Source: Tetramitus jugosus (Eukaryota > Protista > Heterolobosea). Taken from it: a stretch of DNA of 64,000 bases. The DNA is taken from positions 186,001 to 250,000 of the forward strand of contig OW569354.1 in NCBI GenBank assembly GCA_937625935.1, given 5' to 3'. Position numbers and translations under genes: made by a program. Shown piece by piece: positions 37,351 to 48,216 of the stretch (position 1 is its first letter; each line of letters opens with the position of its first letter). Under the pieces are notes generated by a model that saw only the letters and a list, made by a program, of their open reading frames with translations, did no database searches and was not told the DNA's origin.

Positions 37351-39413
37351 GTTCTCTCTTCGATTTGTTGTTGGTTCTTTTTGAAATTCAACCTGAGATG
37401 ATGGGAAATCACCAAGGTATAAAGAATCCTTTGTATATCCATCGATGTGACAGTTGACGGAATTTTGTCGGGAAAAGGTACCTCTATTTAGGGGTAGTTC
37501 AATCCCTGGAAAAATTCCAACAGTGACCAGGTATTCTTACTAGTTACCTGCACCAGAAGGGAGGAATGCTGGAGCAAGTAACCAGTCAAATCTGCAGTGA
37601 TATTAGTGATTCACCAAGATATCGAAATTCTTGGCGACTTTTGACACGCAAACAATTCAGAACCGATAATCAAACCAATGATCCAAGACATCAAAGCAAG
37701 TCATCCATACAAGTGTAAGACCTAAAAAAAGAGTCACCACTGAGAACCTGTGGTAATCAACAAACTTAAGCTTTCGTTGGCCATCAAAGTCAAGACATGT
37801 TGAGTTACTGAAGTTTAGAATGATCCGTACATGGAGTTAAAAAGTTCACTAGAACCAAGTCAATTGATTGTGATACTGTTCAGAGTATTTGGCACACTGG
37901 AAAGATATATCTACGACCAAGAGAACTAGATCACAGTTATCAAGATATTGAATGAACGGTTGGACTAGGGAAAGCAGTTTTATCAACTAAATGATCGATG
38001 AAGTATAAATCGTTGTATACAATAATGCCCTTCATCATTCCATCAACCAGTCAAGAGCATTATCTAGATATCCCTTAGGACTTCATGCCAATTTTTTGAC
38101 TCAGAAACATACTAATAATTGGCCGAAGGGCATAGATGTCCACTAAAATTCAAAGTGAAAGGAATTCACGTCAATATGTATTACAGTTTGATCAATCAAA
38201 AGAGTAGGGATTAACACTTACTAATCGAAACACAATCATTTATTTATAAACACATATTTTCTCAAAGTAATTTGTTGACTATATCGGCAACCCCTTTACC
38301 TTGTCCTTGATTCATTTTGCCATCATATGCATCGTAGGAAGATTTCTTAATCCCAATTACAAAGATTGGAATCCAAGATGAGCCACTGATCCAAAACCTT
38401 TTCCATCAACTCTCTCTGTGTTATCCTCGTACCTTTTGCCAACTTCGATAGGAGATATGAATTGACCATTGCCATTTTTAGAAAAGCTAAAAATGCTGCG
38501 CTTCTACGACACATTTTTGTGAGGATATATTAGAACTACTGCAGAATCGATCAAACCTATCCACTCCCTGCATCACAAAGTTGTAATGATGGACCATTGA
38601 GGGAATGGTCATCTTGTTCCACAACCTCTTGACCACACACTGGAGACTTAGTTACAAATTCGCTTGTCAAAAAATGACGAGGCAATGATTGACTTCGTGT
38701 GATCAACCAACCATTTGAATTCTTTCCTCTTGAGCTCGTTCTTGAAGATATCTGATGGACGACTTGCATGACATCAAAAAGTATCTACCTCTTCATGCAT
38801 ATCTTGTGCAAGACCAATGCTACCATAGTTATCTGCGACAAAGACATGCTTTTCTGCCTTGATCGGTCAGATCAAGTCCAAAAAATGGGTCGGAAGGGAT
38901 ATAGATTCGCCAATAGTGCCTTAAGAACATGATAGCCGTCTTCAGCAAGTCCCAAAAATTCTTCTTTTCGAGAGGAGTGCGAATCCAAGTATGTTTCATA
39001 TATTTCGGCATTATTATTCTTTAAAATGAGATTTGGTTTTACTTTCTCATTATCTGATTACCACTAAAACACATCTGTCTAATTTATATCGCGCTGGCCA
39101 TCGAAATTTAACCATATTTCTCTTCGACCAATGTCTACTGTCCTTTTTTCTTCTCGTAATGATCAGTAATGGTGGCGGTACTCGTTGTTGAAGTGCTGGG
39201 TGGTAGTTACCATACTTTCAAATTTGTTCTGCACGTAAAAACTAGCGGAATGCCTTGTATTCGTCAGGACGAAAAAAGAAAGCGAGTGATGGTTGTTAGG
39301 ACTGTATGGGGTGACGCAAGGACGTTAGAAATAACAAAACAGTTCATTCTACATTGTACATCATCCACTGCTGTTAGACATATCACTCACTATTACACAT
39401 ACACACACATACA

Positions 39414-39956
39414 ATGGCAAGAGCACCAAGAACACCTCCCAAAATTAATGTAAAGGACATTAAGAGTGTCCAAGAATTGTTGGACAAGTTAACTAGCTTC
39501 TTCAGAGCCATGCTACTGACAATGAGTACGAAGTCTCTTAGAAGAAGATTGACGTATGACAGAGTATTGAGAACGGAACGTGTTGCTATGCCTCGATTGA
39601 TATTTGATCAATTATTTGGCGACTTAACCAACTACAGACCTCTTAGAAAGGTGTATGGAAGTGACAGATCTCGTCAGAAGGTTATCACAACACTGGCACA
39701 GTTCAAGAAGGCTTTCAAGTGCAAGCTACCCGAGAGACTGTTCAAATATCCATACAGATTGAGTAAATTGAAGATACCACTCATTCTCTTCTATGCTGCA
39801 AAGGGTATTTCTGGTTGTGGAGCCATCATGCAATTTCGCGTCACAAATGAAAATGGTCAACTTGTACGTGACATGAGATCAAAGAAGAAGGGAGAGAGTA
39901 AGACAATGAACCTCACTCGTAAGGCATATCTTGCTCAACGTTATACTAATGTTTGA
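39414..39956 (+). CDS. basic orphan ORF, probably carried by the downstream transposon
   Basis: Intact 180-aa Lys/Arg-rich ORF directly upstream of the transposase remnants; no recognised family. Confidence 0.4.
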   Translation: MARAPRTPPKINVKDIKSVQELLDKLTSFFRAMLLTMSTKSLRRRLTYDRVLRTERVAMPRLIFDQLFGDLTNYRPLRKVYGSDRSRQKVITTLAQFKKAFKCKLPERLFKYPYRLSKLKIPLILFYAAKGISGCGAIMQFRVTNENGQLVRDMRSKKKGESKTMNLTRKAYLAQRYTNV

Positions 39957-39959
39957 ATT

Positions 39960-41581
39960 GATTGATGTCAGGATTTTGATGTAATTGAAGTTCAAGATGA
40001 TTTCCCACCAAAAAATCTTAACAACACGAAAAAAATGTTCACAAGTGCTGTTCTCTCTGCTTTTAATGTTAGTGCTCTAGGGAACGATGCCAATGATGCA
40101 TTTGGATTGTACAAATTCTATCAGAGTAGTGGTAAAGCCCAGAACATGAGAGAAAAATTAATCAATTTGAGAAAACGGCAAGTGGATGACTGTAAAAAAA
40201 CCTAATGGATATGAACTAATTGCACACATATGGATAATAATACTACACAGGAGTCTTCGCAAAGAATCACAACAGATAGTAATTACTCTTTTGTAGGTGG
40301 ACGTAGAACAATACAACAGATGGTTAAAGATGAATGTTAATGTTGCACATCAAAGATTTCCACCACTATCTGTCAAGATTGATCTTGATTGCTACCACTC
40401 TGACCCTCTTCATTTTTCTACTGCTGCTGGAAGGGCTCTTGCAGAGTACATAGTAATGAAATCATTGAACAAAGATAGAGAAGATCATCTAGTCGATAAG
40501 AATCATCCAGCAGAATAGAGCAGAAGAGACTATCTCAGTTTTATAGCTTTATTCGAAAATACTGAGAATTCAAAGCGATCAGACTCTCAGTTGAAGCAAA
40601 TTGCAGAGGATTATTATGTGGAGTATAAGCATAATAATGAAACACTTGTGGGTATTTGTCAGTGATACATTGGTTGCAATACAGAATGATTTGGATCGAT
40701 TGTGTATTGGTGTTGATCTGACAAAGGAAAGAACAGATGATAATTATTATAATGTGCATGGTGATTCACTTCTACTATTGTTAATAGCAATGCCAGAAAT
40801 TTCCTACACTCACCTGAGAGAACGTGATACGTTATTATATGAGAGCCTCAAACAGGTTAATCACGTATTCCACAAAACGAAATTGGAAGAAACTGACAAA
40901 ACTGACGTTGGTACTCATTATCATAATGCATTTGACTCCATGACATGTATGCACTCAAGAACATACTTGCATATAGGATGGCATTTTGTACAGAATGTAC
41001 AGAAGGGTATTCCAACTGGAGTATTTACATGTCAAAAGCAAGAACGTACCAACAGAGTTTGTAAACTGGGAGTGCATGAACATACAAACAAAAGAGTACC
41101 CAGTATCGCAGAAGAAATTTACAGATTAGCAGCAGGAATGTATGATCCGTCAACTGAAGAAGCAATTAAGCATGAAAATCTCGGATCACACTATGTAGAT
41201 CAATTTGTTACATGGTATAATAGGAGAAGGGTAACAACATTTAAATATTATGCTTCAGAAGAGGAGAGACCCTCGAGAAAGAGAAGAAGAGAAATCGAAG
41301 CAATTTCTTCAAACAAGAAGGCTAGGTTAGTTCATAAGCGAATGAAAATGTTGAAGAAGAGAGTAGTTTTTATTCCTTCTGTTGAATATGAACAGGAAGA
41401 GACACGAACAGACCCACAGGCTAATGAACTGATGGATGATGACTATGACATTATGGATGAAGAATACGATGAAGAAGAAGAGGAAGAAGTAACAGAAGTA
41501 ACCAGTAATCAATCAGACAGTATGGATGATGAAGACAATGAGGACGAAATGACAACATCTGGAAATGATCCAAATTTCTGA
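39960..41581 (+). mobile_element. decayed Transib/Chapaev (RAG1-core-like) DDE transposase
   Basis: HSDPLHFSTAAGR resembles RAG1 SIDALHCDIG. RTYLHIGWHFVQNVQKGIPTGVFTCQKQERTNRVCK resembles RAG1 NYFHKTLAHV...GSIGAWASEGNESGNK. Acidic tail; the frame is broken by stops. Confidence 0.55.
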
Positions 41582-42772
41582 ATTGGATCTTCCTCCAAAA
41601 ACATCAACATAAAAAGTCATCAAGTCATCAACTAATTGATGTGGTATTTATTGTATATTGTTGAAGTGTAATACTGTATATAGTAATGGATGGCATACGC
41701 TCGTATTGGACAAGTTACACAGGATGTGTTGTGTATTATTGTTGAATAAGAACTAGTAACCATAGGTGCACATAGGACTCGGTTGTGATTAGAAGAATTA
41801 CTTGTTTAATCCTGTATTATACAAATGCTAGTGTCTTTTCATGAGAGCACCGTTGGTGAATGATATGATCAATTGTATGTGAGAATCGCATTTCATTTTG
41901 AGTGACGTTGTAACGTAAGGAATCACAACCGAAGAATTCTTCGGACGATAAATCACGCAAACGACAATGACGCTATTGATGATTGATGAGAAGCTCACTA
42001 GAAATCAAAAGTAATAGACAGCATTCTTATCTCTCCATGCAACTCAATCACCAAGATTTCGACTGTACAACTCATACAGTGTATGCGTTCAGAAGTCAAC
42101 AAATAGATGTAGAAAGTAACAACACTCCTTGAGCCCATACTCATTGTACCAAGCTTGTGGATTTCGACACGTATGTTTTGAGTCGTAGTATTTATTGCAA
42201 TTACATGATCATATGTGTATGGAAATATGATAAACAATATATTATGAACAAGAGTGGTTGTAACTTCAAATGATTAATACTATCAGTCCTTGAACATGTT
42301 TTGATCAGTGCAGTGTCTGGAGGATTGAACTCAGATATAATGAGAGTACAACTACATGTGTCTTTACAGAGGACATTCAAAGTTATAACATGAGATCATC
42401 AATAGATCGATCTACTATCATATTCAACACTGCATCTAAAGTATGAGCTCGGATTATACAACTGATATCTATGTGATAGATAGGTTCTGAATTTTGGTCT
42501 GTAGAAAATCCATCAAACAAGAAATATTTGCAATTATTAGACATTTTCAATGTATCTACATACTCCTGTATTTAAATGTACTCCTATATCAGTCATGTCA
42601 CAACTAAGAATCAGGTCCTGCATTTAACGGTTCGACATCATTAATTGAGCATCTCCAAGTCACACATACATATTGATGATGTATTCTTAATCAATGTAGA
42701 CATAGCAATTGGCCCTTACCTTTTCTTCGTTAGCTGCTGCTTACCTTCACACATAAAAGGAACCATTGGTGA

Positions 42773-43260
42773 CCTGTCGAACAAGATGATGACAATGAGT
42801 GGTTTTCCTGCTCGAGACAGGCATCGAGTAATGAACTCAGAAAATCTTTGACTGTCTATAGCTCTCAGTTGTGTTTACCAGCTCGTAATACTCAATTCCA
42901 TTAAGACTCACGAACATCAACAATGAATAACGCAATTTCACCACTCGTTAGGCATACGAAACCGCTCTGGAACTCTTGGATCAAAAACAAGGTTAAGATT
43001 CTTGCGTCTTCTCCAAAATGTTCTACAATCAAGTATGAGAACAAGAGGACAACCGACTAAAAGAAAAGAAGAGAAAAATTGCTGAAGTTGAGAGCGAATC
43101 GAACTCCAAGTTGAATCTCCCTGAATACTACAACACCACCTCGGTCACCTGTTATGATAAGTATCAGCGCAACTTAAAACTCAAGGGTGTAACAAAAACA
43201 AGGAGATATCCATGTGGCCTGTCGAACAAGATGATGACAATGAGTGGTTTTCCTGCTCGA
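42773..43260 (+). repeat. perfect 43-bp direct repeat (42773-42815, 43218-43260)
   Basis: CCTGTCGAACAAGATGATGACAATGAGTGGTTTTCCTGCTCGA occurs twice, 445 bp apart. Confidence 0.9.
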
Positions 43261-44563
43261 TCCACTTCAAGGGACAAGAATCAGTTTGAAACCTTGATTT
43301 TGTGAATGCTAATCTTGATGCTACTGGACCTCAACTCGAAGAAATCGAGCGAAACAAAAAAGAAGCACAAATGAGAACAAGCATAAGACGTACAATCAGA
43401 TTGTGAAACAATTAGAGCAATCAAGGAAAGCGTACAATGAAGTGCAGCAAGGAAGAATTAAGCAGAAAGAGAAAAATACTACAATGTCTTCTGTGTTCAT
43501 GTCTGGGTTGAATGCAAAAAGACTTGAGCACGAAAAGAGGAAATTCAACATGCCTTGTATGAAGAAGCTGTCCAACTGTTGAAGAAGGGAATTGAGTACA
43601 TTTCCCTCTTGTTGCTCACGCTATCGAAGATGAAGAAACGAGGTTGTGCGAGGAAATGCAACTGATTTAACGGTGATTTACAACTTTTTGGAGGGTTTAA
43701 TTCTGCCGAAGCTCAAAAACAGTCTAAGCGACAGGGAATCTTCTTTGAGAAAAATAAGGATAAAAATCTTACTCCGCTCTTTCAAGTAAAATGTTCAGGA
43801 CTCACAAATATTGATGGCATCCTTTATGGGATGTGGGTTCCTCCCACCTGAATGCCAATCAATCATGAGCCTTACATGTTAATCAAGATATAATTAATCG
43901 ACTTAAAATAAGATAATAATTCTCTCGTCGTTGATAAAGCTCATACAGTTGACCTAACAAAAGGTGATGAGCGAGCTTTCCTTCAATCAAGGGAAGTATC
44001 TTCTCCAGAACAGACTGAATCCAACTCTGAAAACGAGCGGTGGGTCGAACCATTAAGTTCTTGAATAGGAGGCTACATTGCCCGGAATCTGATCCTCATC
44101 GGTGGAACACATCCCACTACAATACTATGGACTATTGTACAGCCCGCTCCTGTTGAGTATTGCCCAATTGAGCGTGTCGAAATGTCAGACTATGCTGTGT
44201 CATGTCATCTGACATAGGTGTTTGTACAATACTTAAATACAACAAACGAGTTTCACAATGATGAGTGTGGAATTGCTTATGTTTATGTGAAAATTGATAA
44301 TGAAGTCTAACTCGCAACCCAAAAGATCATGTGTAAATCACTAGCAATGATATATGGAATCCACACTCGAAGATGCATTAGATAATTTTGAAGGCTGAGA
44401 AATATCATTGATTATATCTTCCAATTTGACGATAATGAACAAAGTTCAATCATTCGGTGCAATGAACATTGCGGTTGCAATTCACAATGAATTGGAAATA
44501 CAATAGTCCCTGAGACCATCATTTTCTATTGAGAGAAAATCCTAGTAGTGAAGACCAACCACC

Positions 44564-46865
44564 TTATTGTGAGTGTCCATTGTGACTCATAAATCTAGAG
44601 AAGGTGTCATTGATCATCATGACTCGAATTGAAGAAACCAACTTGTCAAAGATATCAATCTCAGCCCGTCCCTTTTGAATCTGGAACAACTCTGATGATA
44701 GAATCCGATGGGCAATGTTTAATTCCTTGGGAGAATTTGGCAACAAGTATGTCTCAACAATCTCTTGTTGGATCAATATTCGATCATGAGTCGCTTTGAA
44801 TGATTTATAGTGAGCCACCACCTCTAAGAACTCAAAGTTCTCCAAACTCATCTCCTTGTGACAGAATTCTCTGAACAATGCTCTTTGTTCTTCATTGGCC
44901 ATCATTGAATCAAAAATGGATCCCATATGATTCTGATTTTCATCTTGTTGTTGATGCAACAATGCTCGAAGTCTGTTCTGTTCTTCCATGTTCCTTGCCA
45001 ACACGATATACACATCCAACACTTGATCATCAGAGTATAGTTTGACTCGATTACATGTTACCAAAACAGGAGTCGGATCCTTCAGTCTGCAATCCATGAA
45101 GGTATCAAATGTCTTTCCTGTGGAACAAAGTGACTCAAGTTTTTGCATGAGTTCATCAGTCTTAAATTCTGTGAGTGCAGATGAAAGAGGCATGACTCCT
45201 TCAGTGGTACTTGGATCAAAAAGTAACTGTTGATAGAAGGACTTATTGGCACTAATGATGGTTCCAGTTAGACAATCGACTGTCAAAATAAAATCTGTTA
45301 TGCCGTCCATCACTGCCCTTGCTCTCTGCTCTTCAATAGAAATCTTGTCAATCAGTATTTGAAGCCTTTCATGATCATAGGCAAGCTTCTTGTTGGAACT
45401 GTCCAAAGCTCCCAGCATGGTGTTAATCTTCTTGGTCAATATTGAAATTTCATCTTGAGCACATTCATCGACCTTCAATCTCAGTCCACGATCAATCAGT
45501 TTTGCAACATCACTTACTCCATAGGTCAACTTAATAATAGGGGAAAGGACTGCTCTTTCAATGTAAAGGATCATGACAATTGAAGTGATGACAACTCCGA
45601 GTGAAACCATTCCATAGGCCCAACCAAATGAACGAAGACCCAAGACATAAACATCTCTTTTCATATCTGCTCTCAACACCAAGTTGTTCTTTCCGTACAT
45701 ATCAGTGAACACTTGATAGGAAGATATTGTTTTCTCTGAAGTGGTCTCATTTCCATTGTCCTTCAACCAACATTGACGTCCTGCAACATTAACTTGTTTG
45801 TGAGCATCTAGAACTGATATCTCCATGATATTGGCATCAGTCCAAACAGAATTGTCCCATGTGATAACAGTACCCCTGTTTCTCTCGATCCGAGACTTCT
45901 TGGACTTGATCGCTGGATTCGTTGCCAGATCCGAGGAGAACATGGTGACACAAGATTGAGCTCTCACTGCAATATTTTTCACAAAGTCTTCATCTGGAGC
46001 AACAGCATACACCAGGATACCACTTGGTAGAGGACCTCTCAGTTCTGAACGAATTGGTTGAGCAAACAAAAAGTACAGAACATTGGCTGAAGTGTACATG
46101 TATCCGACATTATCTGCATTGAAATTTGTTGTCAAATTGTTGGCCAGCAAGGGATGATGTGGAGAAAGGCTCTCCAACTCTGGCAACAGTGGAAGGGTGT
46201 TGCCTGTCTTCAGGTCAAACCCAACCCAAGCTGCTCTCGTTCCATTCAAGAAGTAAAACACACAATAATTAGCCAAGTGAATATCTCTCACATATTCAAA
46301 ATAGTAATTTGAAGCCAAGTATTCATCCATCCTCTCGCTTGTAAAGTTGGCAACCGCGTCATAAGTCATATCCCAATTTCCGTAATCTTCAAATCACATT
46401 CAAGCATTAAAATTCAGATTAGAATCATGTAAACAAAACTCAGAAGTATGAAGAATGCCTATACGAGTACATACTGTCCAAGACTGTTGAATGAAGGGCC
46501 AATCTGTCATACAGTGCCCTATTGACACGCTTCTGAGTCTCACGGGCATAAAACTTCTCCAAGTTGCGAGAGTTGGTCGAGAAAATGGACAAGAGAATGG
46601 CCAAGAATCCTCCCATCATCAACAGGAACAAACACACAAGAATTACAATGGTTCTGAATTGGATACTGCACAGAAATCGAGTCAGGAACCTCCTTGAGGG
46701 TGACATCTTCTTCATTCCATCTCCATTTCCAGCTTGCTCCATCAAGTTGACCACTGATAAGAATTTGGGATGTTCTCTCTCATGGTGTTGTTGAGAGGAT
46801 GTTTGGAGTAGCTTTGTTCCAGTTCTAGAACGAGTAACATTCTGTTGTTGTGAGGTGTCAACCAT
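44564..46865 (-). CDS. CHASE4-HAMP-PAS-RGS membrane receptor, copy 3 (intron 46387-46474)
   Basis: Near-identical paralog with the same intron position and an intact frame. Confidence 0.85.
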
Positions 46866-47299
46866 TCTGGAGGTGGCTCTTGCTATTGATTTTGTTGTTG
46901 CGGTTGTGTTGTTGTTAACTTGTTGGCTTGGGGTCGTGAATTCGAGTTGGGAAAGGAGCAATCGGAATATACACTGGTATAAGGAATCGTGAAAAACCTT
47001 CGTTTGGCTGGCCATCTTAGAATGGATGTGATAGGTGAGTGTACCCGGCTGCCCATAATCAGAAAATCGCATTATTGTTGGTTGGGCCTTTTCACCCGCT
47101 TGTACTGCAGACAAATACCGAACTTCCTGGCAAGGAAAAACGCATGCACGAAGGAGAAAGCAACCCCAAAAACTGGTTCGTGAAATACTTGAATAAGAGA
47201 AAAACAACGATGTTGATTCGATGCATATCGCAACACAGTGAAATTGTTTTGAAGAATGAGAATGTAATGGCGGTTAGGCAGTTTTAAACTACGACTTCT

Positions 47300-48121
47300 T
47301 CACGGAGACCGAGGAACAACAGATGAAACTTCTCGAGAAATCAATTTGGTGGCTCGGCCTGTTTTCATCCAGTAATCTGCGAGAGGGTCAATCTGAGGGA
47401 GGTCTATATCTTCTCGACTCTTCCTTCTCTCCTCGGTACTAATGCCATAGTGATCATCCCTCTCCTGCACCAATTTATCATCCAGTTGACCATCGGACGT
47501 GAAAGCCATCATGAGATTTGGAATGCCATATGGGAAGGGGTCTCCACGGTCTATTTGCCAAGTGTGAAAAGTTTTGCCATAGGTTCTCACGAGGTCCTTC
47601 ATGAATGCGTGTTCAGCAACATAAGGAATTCTCGGAGCAATTAATTCTCCAGATTTCACTTCATAAACATGACTATGCCACAACTTCTTCTCTTCTTCTG
47701 GAAATGAAGAAAACACTTTCTCCGATACAATGTATTCAATACCAATCAACTTGGCCTTGGGTCCATCCGAATCATAAATAACACATTGTGCCAAGTCATC
47801 ACTAAGATGGGAACAATAATGATGAGCAATAACTTGTCGATCCAACTCACCACTGTAGCAATGAAATCCACATACATGGGTGTGAATTTCTTTGATTGGT
47901 GTAAAACGTTGAAGAATGGAAGAGCCCGTCTCGAGGACATTCTTCTTCATTGACTTGCTACTATCTAGGAAGGGAAGATTTGCCAAAGGAATAGGTTGTC
48001 CGAAGCAAGTCAAGAAGTTGGAGTCGTATGCTTCATCTTCTTCTCCGCTTCTTCTCTTGTTGATGTGAATAGAAGAACCAATAAGATAGCCACCAATGAA
48101 AGCAGGAATAATTCTCTTCAT
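47300..48121 (-). CDS. oil body-associated protein / DUF1264 family
   Basis: HVCGFHCY...RQVIAHHYCSH...QCVIYDSD...LIGIEYIVSE...LWHSHVYEVKSG...TYGKTFHTWQIDRGD. Confidence 0.9.
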   Translation of the reverse strand: MKRIIPAFIGGYLIGSSIHINKRRSGEEDEAYDSNFLTCFGQPIPLANLPFLDSSKSMKKNVLETGSSILQRFTPIKEIHTHVCGFHCYSGELDRQVIAHHYCSHLSDDLAQCVIYDSDGPKAKLIGIEYIVSEKVFSSFPEEEKKLWHSHVYEVKSGELIAPRIPYVAEHAFMKDLVRTYGKTFHTWQIDRGDPFPYGIPNLMMAFTSDGQLDDKLVQERDDHYGISTEERRKSREDIDLPQIDPLADYWMKTGRATKLISREVSSVVPRSP

Positions 48122-48216
48122 CTCGTTTTTTAGTGAGATCAACGGTGCCTTGGTCCGTATATTTTTACTTTTTGTTGGATATCTTTATCATCTGACGAGA
48201 AAACTGACAAAAACCT

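Noticed and set aside
37490-37510. tRNA T-arm-like GGGGTAGTTCAATCCCTGG
   Set aside because: No D-arm, anticodon arm or acceptor stem can be folded around it.
41929-41944. 16-bp perfect palindrome CCGAAGAATTCTTCGG
   Set aside because: Single occurrence with no partner or supporting context.
27794-46865. The three receptor copies as an assembly duplication or haplotypes
   Set aside because: Introns, 5' ends, 3' flanks and spacers all differ substantially between copies.
44255-47245. RSS-like heptamers (CACAATG, CACAGTG) suggesting RAG-style rearrangement of the receptor array
   Set aside because: No nonamer at 12 or 23 bp spacing, no paired TIRs, and the transposase is broken; consistent with chance.
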